Shown here: one piece after another, positions 52,956-64,000 of the stretch
Layout of the letters: the number at the start of each line of letters is the position of its first letter
Numbering within the stretch: position 1 is the stretch's first letter
From: Auanema rhodensis
Lineage: Eukaryota; Animalia; Nematoda
Reading direction: 5' to 3'
Length of the DNA: 64,000 nt
Assembly: GCA_964057225.1 (NCBI GenBank)
Contig: OZ059894.1
Coordinates: 9,548,001 to 9,612,000, forward strand
Made by a program: the position numbers and the translations under genes
The notes under the pieces: model-generated
Seen by the model: the letters and a program-made list of their open reading frames with translations, nothing else
Told to the model about the DNA's origin: nothing
Databases searched by the model: none

Positions 52956-55900
52956 ATATAAGAATAGAATATTTAGTAAAAAATATCAGTTTAGTGCACT
53001 AATTGGAAAATACAAATATGAAGAAGTTGAAGGTAGAGCTAAAAGCTGTAATGAACCATCTTATCAGTTCAATTCAATTCAACTGCATAAACTATTTCTT
53101 CCTTTATTAAGAAATCAAATCAAACACCTTTTCATATCATCTGATATCATAATCACTTCTAGATACACCAACTTCTGTGTTTGTTTAGTTGAATAGATAT
53201 GCTTTACGTGCTCAGAAATTCAATAGACTTTTCACTTTTCTTCTCAACGACTGCCCACCATCTCTCTCTCTCTCTTACCTGCTCTTCCCTCGTCTTCCTT
53301 TTGCGTAGCAGCCATTATCAGTCGTCCCACGAGTTTTAACCCTGTTTTGCCCCTCCTTTCTATTCTTCTTTACTGTAGATATCTCCTCTACCCCTCTCTT
53401 TTCTTTCTCAGTTCTTTCCTGAAACCGTGTACATACATATCAAGAAACTTACTTTTGATGGTTCGTTTTTGTTACATGAGCAACTACCAGCTGTAGCACA
53501 GCTTTTGTACTTTATCCTAAATTATTTTTCTGTTTTTTCAATCAACAGCTGGATAGATAGCGAGCGTATCATATCAATATCCATTTCCAATTACTTTTTT
53601 TTTGCCCAAAATTGTACGAATGGCAGTGCAGCAACACCAGCAGCTGCTTATCCCCCTCGGTAACTCGTCTGATATACATAGGTCTTGAGAAATGTCTGAC
53701 TCATAAGCCTGGACGGTTACACATCAAACGGCTATTTGAGGTCGAGAGGGCAGACGACCAGATAAATGAGTCTCCGACATTCTTGACAGCGGTGAAACAA
53801 TGATAAATATCATACCAACTGTTACAGCCTGTTCACTAAAGCCTAAGACAAACTTTTCGATTGCATCCCCCCAGCTAAATCTAGATCTATATCTCAAGAA
53901 ATGCATTTGAGAATTTAGAACGCATAGAGTTCCAGCGTACATCTCTCAATCACGTTAGCAATACCGTCTGTGATATGTGGAGTTTCTCTTTTAGCAAAAT
54001 TCTCCAACCCCCCTCGCCACCCCATTCTACTGTGCATGTAACATGCCCTGAATTCTCTGAAAAATGTGTGCCACCACGAAACTGTCACCAATTCCGCTAT
54101 ATTCTAGGTTCACACCGAAGAAATTTTCTTTAATGAGAATTTTGTTCATGAATAGAATGAGTCGTATCTGGTCATTAGTTGAAACGATCATTTGCTTTTT
54201 GCCATTTGGACTGTCACAGCTGCGATTTGTTTTTACGAGTATGTGTTTAGGCCACATCTGGAAAAGACGGTGTCAAGTTGAGATTCAGATTGATAGAAGA
54301 AAAGGGAAAAAGAAAAATTCTAAATGAAAGAATAAGAAGAGAAAATGAGGAAGATTTCTGAACCTGTTGATCGCAAAAATCGTCTTGGTTACGATTTCTT
54401 CATCCACCACCTTTTTCCATTTTTCATTACTTTCGAAAAAAAATGAAAAAGTGGAAGAACAGATGAGAAATGAGAACAAATGATACTCTGAAATAAAAAA
54501 AAAGGAAATTCAGAGGCTTTTGCAAATCATTGTGTATGTATGAGCAGCACATGAATCCTTTTTCTGAGATGATACTGCTGATGACTCATCTTATCACGTT
54601 CATCTATCCTCATATCTATCTGTCTAATTCTTAACTTTCTGGAAGAATGTTTTCCAATCCTATTAGTTGATGTGCTGGGGAAAACAATGTGGAAGATTTT
54701 CTTGGCATGGCATGATCTTTAGCCAATCAATGATCAAAAAAATTTTTTTTATAAATGTTTAGAAAATTCAAAAAAAGAAAACTTCGTGATCTCATTTTGT
54801 GATATTGAATCGTCAAAAAATTAAAAAATTCAATTTCTGCAATGGTGTAGTTAGCAGGAAAATTCGAAATTGCATCTTATCAAATTACCAGATATCTATT
54901 CGAAAAAAAAAATTATTTCTATGAACTCTATGTTACTCTCTTGCTCCCTGTCTGCGTACTTCTCAACAGGTTGCTGAAAGAACTAGGATGATGACGTCTG
55001 TTGCTGGATATACCAAAATGAATTGATGTAATCACCAGATGTTTCAAATGTAACTTGACACAAGAAAGTGAAGAGTAACTGTGTACACGTATTGCGTAAC
55101 TGTTGATATCTGATAGTTGACCAGACACGTGTGACCCTTTGAAAACTGATCGAGATTTGATGAAAATGAAGATATTCAGATGAAATGTCTCATTGTTCCA
55201 TTGTTTTCATAATCCCATTATCACATTTTGGATACGAGTGCTCCGATTAATTACAGAGAATTGGAGAATACAAAGAAAGTAACTGATAGCCGTATATTCA
55301 TTCTGGTTACAGGATCTGACTCTGCTGGATTCAGTTTAAACAATGAGATCAAAGTAGCTTAAGTCAAATTGTTGTTCATATACTTGTTTACATTGACCTT
55401 TTTCTCTCAAAAAGTAAAATCATTTCATATAACGCATTTGTTTCATTGTTTATATTAACTAAACATAAAGTATTATGAATCTGTATAACAACAATAAGCA
55501 TAGTTTTTTAGGTTTTATCTCTCTTTCTCACTCATTCTCTCCCTTTCTATAACTCTTTCCTTCTCTCTGTATTCACTAAGCTTTTGCATCTATGTTTCTT
55601 GGATATGTCTCTTCTTCTATCTTCTGACGGACGGTCATCCAACATTCTGACACTGATAGACTTTTGTCTTTAGGCCGACAGACGACCTCAATAAACTATG
55701 CTTGGATAAGCCAGATGCTCTACATCGTTTATTCTCCCTTCTTTGATGAGGCATGGCATAGTAAGTAGATGAAGAGGAAGTAAAACTTATGCTGATGATG
55801 ATATACAATAAGATGATAATAGTGAAACAAAGGATTTATGAAGGAAGGAAAGATTTTCTTTTACTATATGAACTTTAAAAAAAAACAAAAATCGAAAAAG

Positions 55901-56136
55901 TTAGATAGATTGTATAGAAAGATATAGTAAAGTTTTCTTCAATAGATTGTAAAATTATGTATATTTATTTATTAAAAGAGAAATATTTTTAGATTTTTAA
56001 ACATATAAACAGGCAAGTGGTCAACAGATGAATGTTTATCTATTCAATTCATTAAATTGAATAATTTATTGAAAGTATAAGAAATAGTGAATTGAGTTGA
56101 TAGTAAACTTCATGTTAGACATCTCTTATACAAGAA

Positions 56137-56145
56137 AGAGAGAGA

Positions 56146-56199
<54 letters not shown>

Positions 56200-56202
56200 G
56201 AG
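56137..56202. repeat. (GA)n microsatellite
   Basis: Near-perfect run of about 60 bp. Confidence 0.95.
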
Positions 56203-59105
56203 GTGCTGTTACGCAAGTTTGCAAGGTTATATAACATACAACCGTTCGTCTGGTACCATGTATTATAAATGGTACCGTACCATGTTTACGTCATGTTGAC
56301 GTGTAAATTTGTTTTACCGTATGCTAATGAGAGTAACACGTTAAGAACATTTCTTATATACTCTTATAGATTATCTCTCTCTCTCTCTCTCTTCTTCTTC
56401 TTCTTCTTCTCTCGTTTTCTTATATATTCAGACACATCCTTATTACTGCTCCTCAATATTATACATTATTTTAAAAAACCATATACATATATATTAGAAA
56501 TAGTTTATTATTATAATTTCATAAAGAAAAATATATTTGCTTTGTCTTCAAAGTAATTGTGTAATGTTGTTAAGCTTCCGTTCAGGTCAACAACATCAAC
56601 ATTGACGGTAAGAACAAAAAGATATGCTTTTAACATTACGGTAAAGTTGTATAATGCGATTAAAAAGTATTGCGCAATACTTTTTGTATTTAAAACTTGA
56701 AAATAGATAAATTCCATAAAGCTTACAACATAGATTACAAATTGATTTTCATTTCTATCAAATTGTTTTTTCAAATGCCACCATTATATTCATCATTCTC
56801 ATCAGTAATAGCAATGATGATGTGTCCTCATGTCTTCTTTCCAATATGTTGACGAAGTTTTTGCCTTCTAGTCTGATTGAACCCGAAATGAGTCCTTTCA
56901 AGCTCTCGTTCAAGAAAATTACATTAATTGTATATGTATAGTATAAGCTTTTCTTTTAAAGGAATCAACTAACTTTCAAACTACATAATCTCTTCTCTCT
57001 CTCATGTACTTTTCGTTTTTTTTTCTATTTCTGTCCTCACTTTGTTATCCGCGCTTTCAATCTAGGGGAGAATTGTGGCTGACATCATCTCACACAGTCG
57101 ACAGCTTAAGCTGAACTGATTGAATGTATCGTAAATCAATCTGATTGGTTTCAAAAGTGAACAGACCGCAATCGGAAAAGCCCTTATTTCGTCTTTTGTG
57201 CAGCTTTGACCTTAGGCTAGCCTCAATAAATCATTAGGTCTATATCCTTCTTCTATCTTTGCCTGTTGCTTCTTCGATTAAAGTCCCTCAGTTTCAATCT
57301 CTTAATCTTTCTCTCTTTTTTTTCTGCTCTCATCTCTTCCTAGTTTTCCCTCCCTCTCTCTATCTCTATCTCTCTTTTCCAACCTCTCTTTTGAATTCTC
57401 CTCCCTCGCTTTTCTTTTTTCCTTTCCTCCACGCTTCTCATCTCCTTCTTACAATAACTCTCTAGTTATCGTTCTGCCTTCTATTCTCAGATAAATTCTA
57501 GATTCCTCTCTCATCTTCTTCATCTTTTTGTCTTCTTTGCTGCTCCAAGAAATGGGCGTGGCTATTTAGACACGCCCCTCGATTCGTATTCGCAGCTTTT
57601 GCACAATCTTCATCCACGTCTCACTGGCACGTAGGCCGTCCTCAAACCGGGTACTGTAATCGGATGGAGACAGTCAAGAAGCCTCAATTATGTCCTATAC
57701 TATAGCATTTTTTCAAAAAAAAAATATTATTTATAATTATTTTAAAGCTTTAACTACACAGAAATTGATACATAAGTTATATAAAACTTTTTTTTCTATT
57801 TTCTTCATTAATCTTAATGCTGAGACAGTTGAAGTTTGTTCGTTTGTATTACAGAACTTAGTTGATGTTTCATTTGTTTTCTTCAATTCAAAGTACTATT
57901 TCACCCTCAGTTCACACTAATTTCATTTAAAAAATAGTTATCATCACCGATATATGATGAGAGTCTTGAATTCTATTGACTTTTTCAAAATATCCTAAGT
58001 CATCCTTCTTCTTCTTCCTCTCTCTTTTACCTATTTCTCTCGAACATCCTTTTCAAGAACCAAATATCATTGTCTGATTCCTCTCCTCGCATCCCTTTCT
58101 TTCCTCTGAAAAAAAATCTTTTTTTTTCATCTTCTCATGCCTCTTGTTTCTTACACATCTGTTTGTATATTTTTCGTTCAATTTGACCTCACATACTATT
58201 CTTTAATTACAATTCAAAAAAGTTTTAATTTCAACTTTATAAAGTTGAATATGATGAATGAATAAGTAATTTACAATATCATATATTCAATCTTATCCAT
58301 TATTTCATATAAACTTCTATTTTTATCCAAATTTCTAAGCTATTCACTCTAATGTAAATCAATTGAATGAATTAGATATCAGATCATCGTATATGATTAC
58401 CGTCATACCGTCATCATCATCTCTTCCGAAACAACAGTTTTTAAAAAAATCAACAATCATCTTGCTTATATTAATATTCTTTACTTGATTAGCTATTTAT
58501 ATAAATAATTACCTTGAATTCAATCGGTTCAAATTCAATATTACAATTATTCTTTTCTAATATTCTGGTTCATAATTCTCTTATCTATTCTCATTCAAGC
58601 GTCATCAGATAATGATTAGCCACAATATTTATTAAAATTTGGAAGAAAATAGCCTTCGATTCTATTCAATTCTCACACAAACAATCAAAAAATGCTCTTT
58701 TCATTCAATCATATATGCAATTTTTGATCATCCGCATATGATTGTTTCAAAATTGCCTCTTATTCTCGTTCATTCTTGCATCATTTTCCCTTAAAACATC
58801 ACCAAATCTGTGCCAATTTTTCTGAAAGATTTTCCGAGTTTCCAAGTGGCAACAGTTGTTCTGCTCCTCATTTTGCCACCCCGGACAAGAAACATTTGTG
58901 CAAGAATCACGACATTTGTCCAGTCCGTCCAACTGGAGACATTCGTCCTTTATTCTCCATCGACGACGTTTGAACTTTTTTTTCTTTCACAACATCCATA
59001 ATCATATCCCGAATTTTCTAGATTTTCATTCATATATTTTATTTCGTCTCTCTTCTTGTCTGGTTAAAACTTGAGTTTAAACCTTATTTCATTATAGGGC
59101 TTATA

Positions 59106-62100
59106 ATGAGATTGCTGCTGCTAACGGCAGCTATCGTTGCCCAAACATGGGCATTCTCTCTGAACTTTTTCTCTTCAGAGGTACGTAAAATCCTGGCACA
59201 CTATAACAGATCCTAATAAGTTATATTTCAGCCTGTGAAGCCATACCTCCATCCTTCTTCACCCCTGTTGACCGATCCAGCTCATGCCCGTTCAAAGAGA
59301 CAAGCCTACCAGGTAAGCAAGCTATGTGAAGCAACATTCAATTATATTTCCCTATAAGGTGTACGTTGGTGGAGATTCTACTGTTTCTGTTGATAAATCT
59401 GGCCAAACTGAAACTGGTGCTTGGGGACCATGGTCTGCTGAAGCTCAGTGCTCCAGAACCTGTGGTGGTGGAGTTCAAGTTGAGAAGCGTCAATGCAGGT
59501 ATGACTACACTTTCAAATGTTGTAAAACACCCAAGTTTTCACAATATTTTGATTGGCTTGTTAGCTTGGATGACTAGTGACACATGTGTCACTCATTCGG
59601 AGATACTAAGCGACAGAGGATCGTGGTATCTTCTCTCCAACTGAAACATCTAGTGTTGCTAACAAGCGTTTAAACAAAGAAAAAGTCTCAAATATACACT
59701 GAAAAACGGAGAAAAGTTCAACTTCTGATCTTTAACTTCAACAAATTGTTTTCAGTGGTGATTGTACCGGACCATCCGTTCGTTACATCTCCTGTAATCT
59801 TGAACCATGCTCAACCGGATCTGACTTCCGCGCTGAACAGTGTGCCCAACATAACGACGATGCTCTTGATGGAAACTACCATAAGTGGATCCCATACAAG
59901 GGAAAGAACAAGTTAGTTTTTAGCTTAACAGTTAGTATATAAATATTTTTGTATACTGTACTTTTTGGCAAAAATGTTTTTCGTAAGCCATCTGTGAGAA
60001 CATCACAGCTGCCATTTTTTCATGTTTGCAAGAAATGGGCGCCAGTTTTCATGTAAAAATCAAATCTATTTGAATTCTGGCTTATCAAATAAAATCTTTT
60101 GAAAGAACTTACAAATTTTAATTTTTTTAAAAATAGAACTGAATTAGGAAATATAACATGAAAATGAAGAAAATTTATTTTATATTCTTAGGTGTGAGCT
60201 CCTTTGTAAGCCAGAAGTTGGAACTTTCTATTATAAATGGGCTGAAAATGTTGTTGATGGAACCAAGTGCGACAACTTCAGCGACGATATCTGTGTCGAA
60301 GGAGTCTGTCTTCCTATTGGATGTGATGGAAAGCTTGGATCAGGTATTGTTATCATAACATAACTTATCTTATATACATACATATTCTGCGATTTTTAGC
60401 TAAGAAGCTCGATAAGTGCGGAGTCTGCGATGGCGACGGTTCAACTTGCAAGACTATCGAAGGTGGATTCGATGAACGTAACCTTAGCCCAGGATATCAT
60501 GATGTCATGAAGCTTCCCGTTGGTGCTACTGCTATCAAGATCTATGAAGCTAGACCAAGCTCCAATAACTTGGGTTTGTCGATAACTAATTTGAAAACAA
60601 CATTGAAATGTTCTTTCTAGCTTTGAAGAACTCTTCTGGACATTTCTATCTCAATGGAAATGGTATGCTTCAGGTCGAGAAGGAAGTTATTGCTGGAGGA
60701 GCCGTCTTCGAATACGATGACGACAAGCCAGAGAAAATCATTGCTAACGGACCCCTCACCGAGGTATAAGCTAAGACTTGGGACTAGAAATACGAATGAT
60801 TTCAGGAAATCACTGTCTCTCTTCTTTTCCGTAAGGGAAACAAGGATGCCGCTATTCGCTACGAATTCTCCATCCCACTCGAAGACGATGTTCCATACAT
60901 GTACAAGCCAGGAGAGTGGTCTGAGTGCTCAGTCACTTGCGGAAAGGGTAAATAGACTAACATTGTTGAATAGTAAATGAATTCAACTTGTAGGAGTTAT
61001 CACCCGTACTCCATTCTGTATTGATACCAAGACTCAAGCTCGTGTAAACGACGATCTCTGTGACGAGAACAACTCTACCAAGCCAGAGGTTAGAAACATC
61101 GAAAGAAGCTTTAAATATACAACAACTTTTCAGTTCGAGAAGGAATGTGAAACTGTTGATTGTGCTGCTGAATGGTTTATAGGAGAATGGGAGCAATGCT
61201 CTCAAACTTGCGGAGACCTTGGAGAACAATACCGTGTTGTCTACTGCCATCAGGTTAGAATTTGCATCAACTTTTAAACAAAAAAAAAAGCTACAGTACT
61301 ATGAGTGTCTCGAGAATATTTCCTCTTCCCAAGAAAGAAGAAAAAATATTCTGGAGCTTAATCAAACGGATGAAAAGAAATAAAAAGTGTTGAAAGATGT
61401 AACAACTGCGCATAAGACATAAAAAGCCACACGACCAGTTGGTCAATTGCGTTCATCTTGTCAAGGTAATAAAAAGAAAAAAAGAAGAGAAGAGGAAGAA
61501 AAAGAAGAAGAAGAGCAAGATGATTAGGCTAGACAGGCGGACAGATTTTACGATACAGCTTTGAGAACTTGTTGTCATTTGACCTCCCACAAATAACAAA
61601 ATTTTTATGAAAATGCCGATGTTTTATGACAAGCTAGTGTGATGATTGACAGATGTGTTTTCTCAATTTATACATTTTGTAACAATTAGTATGAAAACAT
61701 TGAAATTAAATGCCAAACCATTAAGTAAACAGAAGAGATGGTCCCCCTAATTCGTTTCTTATTTTTCAGATCTTTGCTAATGGACGCCGTATTACTGTAG
61801 ATGACGGAAACTGTACCGCTGAGAGACCATCCGTTCGTCAATCTTGCAACAGGTATTCTATTGGCTTCTGAAAACATTTTGAGAGTTTCGGTATGCTGTT
61901 CGAAAGATATTTGCATCCAATTGCGACATTTACAAAGACACTGAACATATATCTACAACATCTTTTCGTCTTTTGGTTTATGTCCCGAGAATTTGATTGT
62001 AACATGTGCCGTCTTCATCGTTTGAAAGTGGTGGACCCAGATTAATTGAAAATGAAGAAATGCTGATGTAAAGCTTATCTTAACATAAGAGTAGCATTAG

Positions 62101-64000
62101 CAAAAATAATGAGATCAGAGATAAGAGATAAGAGAAGTAGAACTCACGACTAGAGAGGTCGCGATAAAACACACGGTTTGCTTAGAACTGCTTTTTCTCG
62201 ACACCCACTGTTATTTATGACTTCGTACTATGCAGCTTTCTGTCGATTTTGCCACTAAGCTGGGACAGATAGACAGGAAAAGATATGAAAAATAATTCAA
62301 AAATAAAAAAAGTACAATATGATTCACAAAATCATGTTATTGTATCGTTGTTGATATTTTTATTTCCCAGATTCTCTTGCCCAGAATGGCAAGCTGGACC
62401 ATGGTCTGCCTGTTCTGAGAAGTGTGGTGATGCTTTCCAATACAGATCCGTTACCTGTCGCTCCGAAAAGGAAGGAGAAGAAGGAAAACTCCTCCCCGCT
62501 GATGTAATAGAATACATATAAGCTTCTATTTTAAAATTTCTTTAAGGCTTGTGATGCTGAAGCTACCGTTGAGACCGAAAGAACCTGTAACCTTGGACCA
62601 TGCGAAGGACTCAAGTTCCAAACTTCTGAATGGAAATTGGTAAGAATTGTGGTTTCTATTATACATGTCTGCTTGTCTAACACATGAATGTGCCATAATG
62701 TTGGCAGTTAGAACGAAAAAAGACTGTTTTACCAATATTAGTCAAATATGGCCCCGTGGCCTAATGGATAAGGCGTCGGTCTCCTAAACCGAAGATTGCA
62801 GGTTCGAGTCCTGCCTGGGTCGAAATTTTGCATAAGCGTTTCGCTTTCATTAAGATTCCTATATAGCAGCTTTCATTAATATTCCTAACTGTTACGTTGT
62901 TTCAGTGCTCCAAGTGTAACGATACTGAGGAAACTCGTGAAGTTAGTTGCACAGATACCAATGGAAGAGCCTATCCACTTGAGAAGTGCCTTGTCGACAA
63001 CACCACCGAAATCCCAATTGATACCAGGTATATTTAAAACAAATAAAAAATATTTAGCTATTGTTATTACAGATCCTGCGCCACCGTTCAGCCATGTCTT
63101 TACGAATGGACTGCCTCCCAATGGTCTAAGTGTTCCACTGAATGCGGACACGGACACAAGACTCGTCGTGTTGTCTGTGCTATTCATCAGTTGGGTGATC
63201 TCGAGGTTGTCGATGAAGGATTGTGCCAGGGAGAAAAACCAGGAGACCGTGAAGACTGTACCAACGAAGAAAAGTGTACTGGAACCTGGTACACTGGACC
63301 TTGGTCAGACTGTACTGAAAAGTGAGTTGAATAAGTTTCAAGCCTTAAAACTGTTGAGAATTATTCAGATGTGGGGGAGGAAAACAAGACCGTTTGACTG
63401 TTTGCTTAAACTACGACAAGAAGCCAGTCCCAGAATGGTGTGACGAAGCTGAGAAGCCTGCTGAATCCCAAGATTGTAACGTTGAGGAGTGCCCAAGTAT
63501 GCTGATTTTCTGAATTTATTTTACTAATTTTCTGGTTTCAGCTTGCTTTGATTCTGAGTTCGGTTGCTGCCCAGATAACTCTACTTTCGCTACTGGCGAA
63601 TATAACCTAGGATGCTCCAACTGCTCTGAGACCGAATTCGGATGCTGCGGAGATAACGTTACTGAGGCCACTGGAGCCAATCTTCTTGGATGCCCAGAAT
63701 TCGTCGAAAGTGAATTGACTGTCAGCGACTTGAAGGAAGCTGAAAGCACCAATGAAGTTGAAGGATCTGGAGATTCAGCTGCTGATGCAACTGAATGCAA
63801 TGTCACCAGTGAAGATGGAGATCAAGCTACTGTTAACTGCAAGGTTGCCAACATGACGAATGTTGAAGACCTTGAGCTTTTGGGTAATATTTCATGCTAA
63901 AACAATTGCTGTTTCAAATATTTATTTAAAGGTAATGAAACTATGGACGGTAACGCTACTATTCATTGTTCCAAGACTGAATTCGGATGTTGTCCCGATT
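59106..64000 (+). CDS. mig-6: Papilin (5' part; continues beyond the window)
   Basis: MRLLLL...RSKRQAYQVYVGGD...GAWGPWS...CSRTCGGGVQ TSP1, ADAMTS Cys-rich and spacer regions, several TSP1 repeats, then SEFGCCPDN lagrin-type repeats. Matches recalled C. elegans MIG-6. Confidence 0.96.
62750..62822 (+). tRNA. tRNA-Arg(CCT), intronic in papilin
   Basis: GGCCCCGTGGCCTAATGGATAAGGCG TCGGT CT CCT AA ACCGA AGATTGCAGGTTCGAGTCCTGCCTGGGTCG; one C-T mismatch in the acceptor stem. Confidence 0.92.

Noticed and set aside
53621-53650. TGGCAGTG miR-34-like seed
   Set aside because: The rest of the sequence does not match miR-34 and there is no long hairpin.
1-64000. Telomeric TTAGGC arrays, DNA-elimination junctions, SL RNA genes, rRNA, CRISPR arrays, intact transposases
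   Set aside because: Only isolated single TTAGGC hexamers; none of the other signatures were found by eye.

Overview
AT-rich eukaryotic genomic DNA from a rhabditid (clade V) nematode. This is inferred from short GT-AG introns with TTTCAG-like acceptors, (CT/GA)n microsatellites and close homologues of C. elegans genes. The ORF track is mostly uninformative, so gene models were spliced by eye. In order: two small tandem secreted peptide precursors ending in YRPG (absent from the ORF track), possible Ly6-like terminal exons, a small hypothetical gene, a rol-6-like cuticle collagen, GTP cyclohydrolase I (cat-4), an orphan ORF with an HCF-1-binding-type motif, a BTB-like protein with a Cys-rich tail, a Ly6/three-finger protein, a 3xShKT protein, a patched-related protein, a DEDDh REXO-type exonuclease, a 2xTIL protein with a long basic tail, a tail-less PLC-beta-like phospholipase C, and the 5' part of papilin (mig-6). 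There are four tRNAs (Thr-CGT, Thr-TGT, Gln-CTG, Arg-CCT), two of them intronic. The best novelty candidate is the paralogous pair of helix + YRP-amide peptide genes at 3.4-4.9 kb. No CRISPR array, rRNA, telomeric array or intact transposon was seen. All homology statements are from recall, not from database searches.
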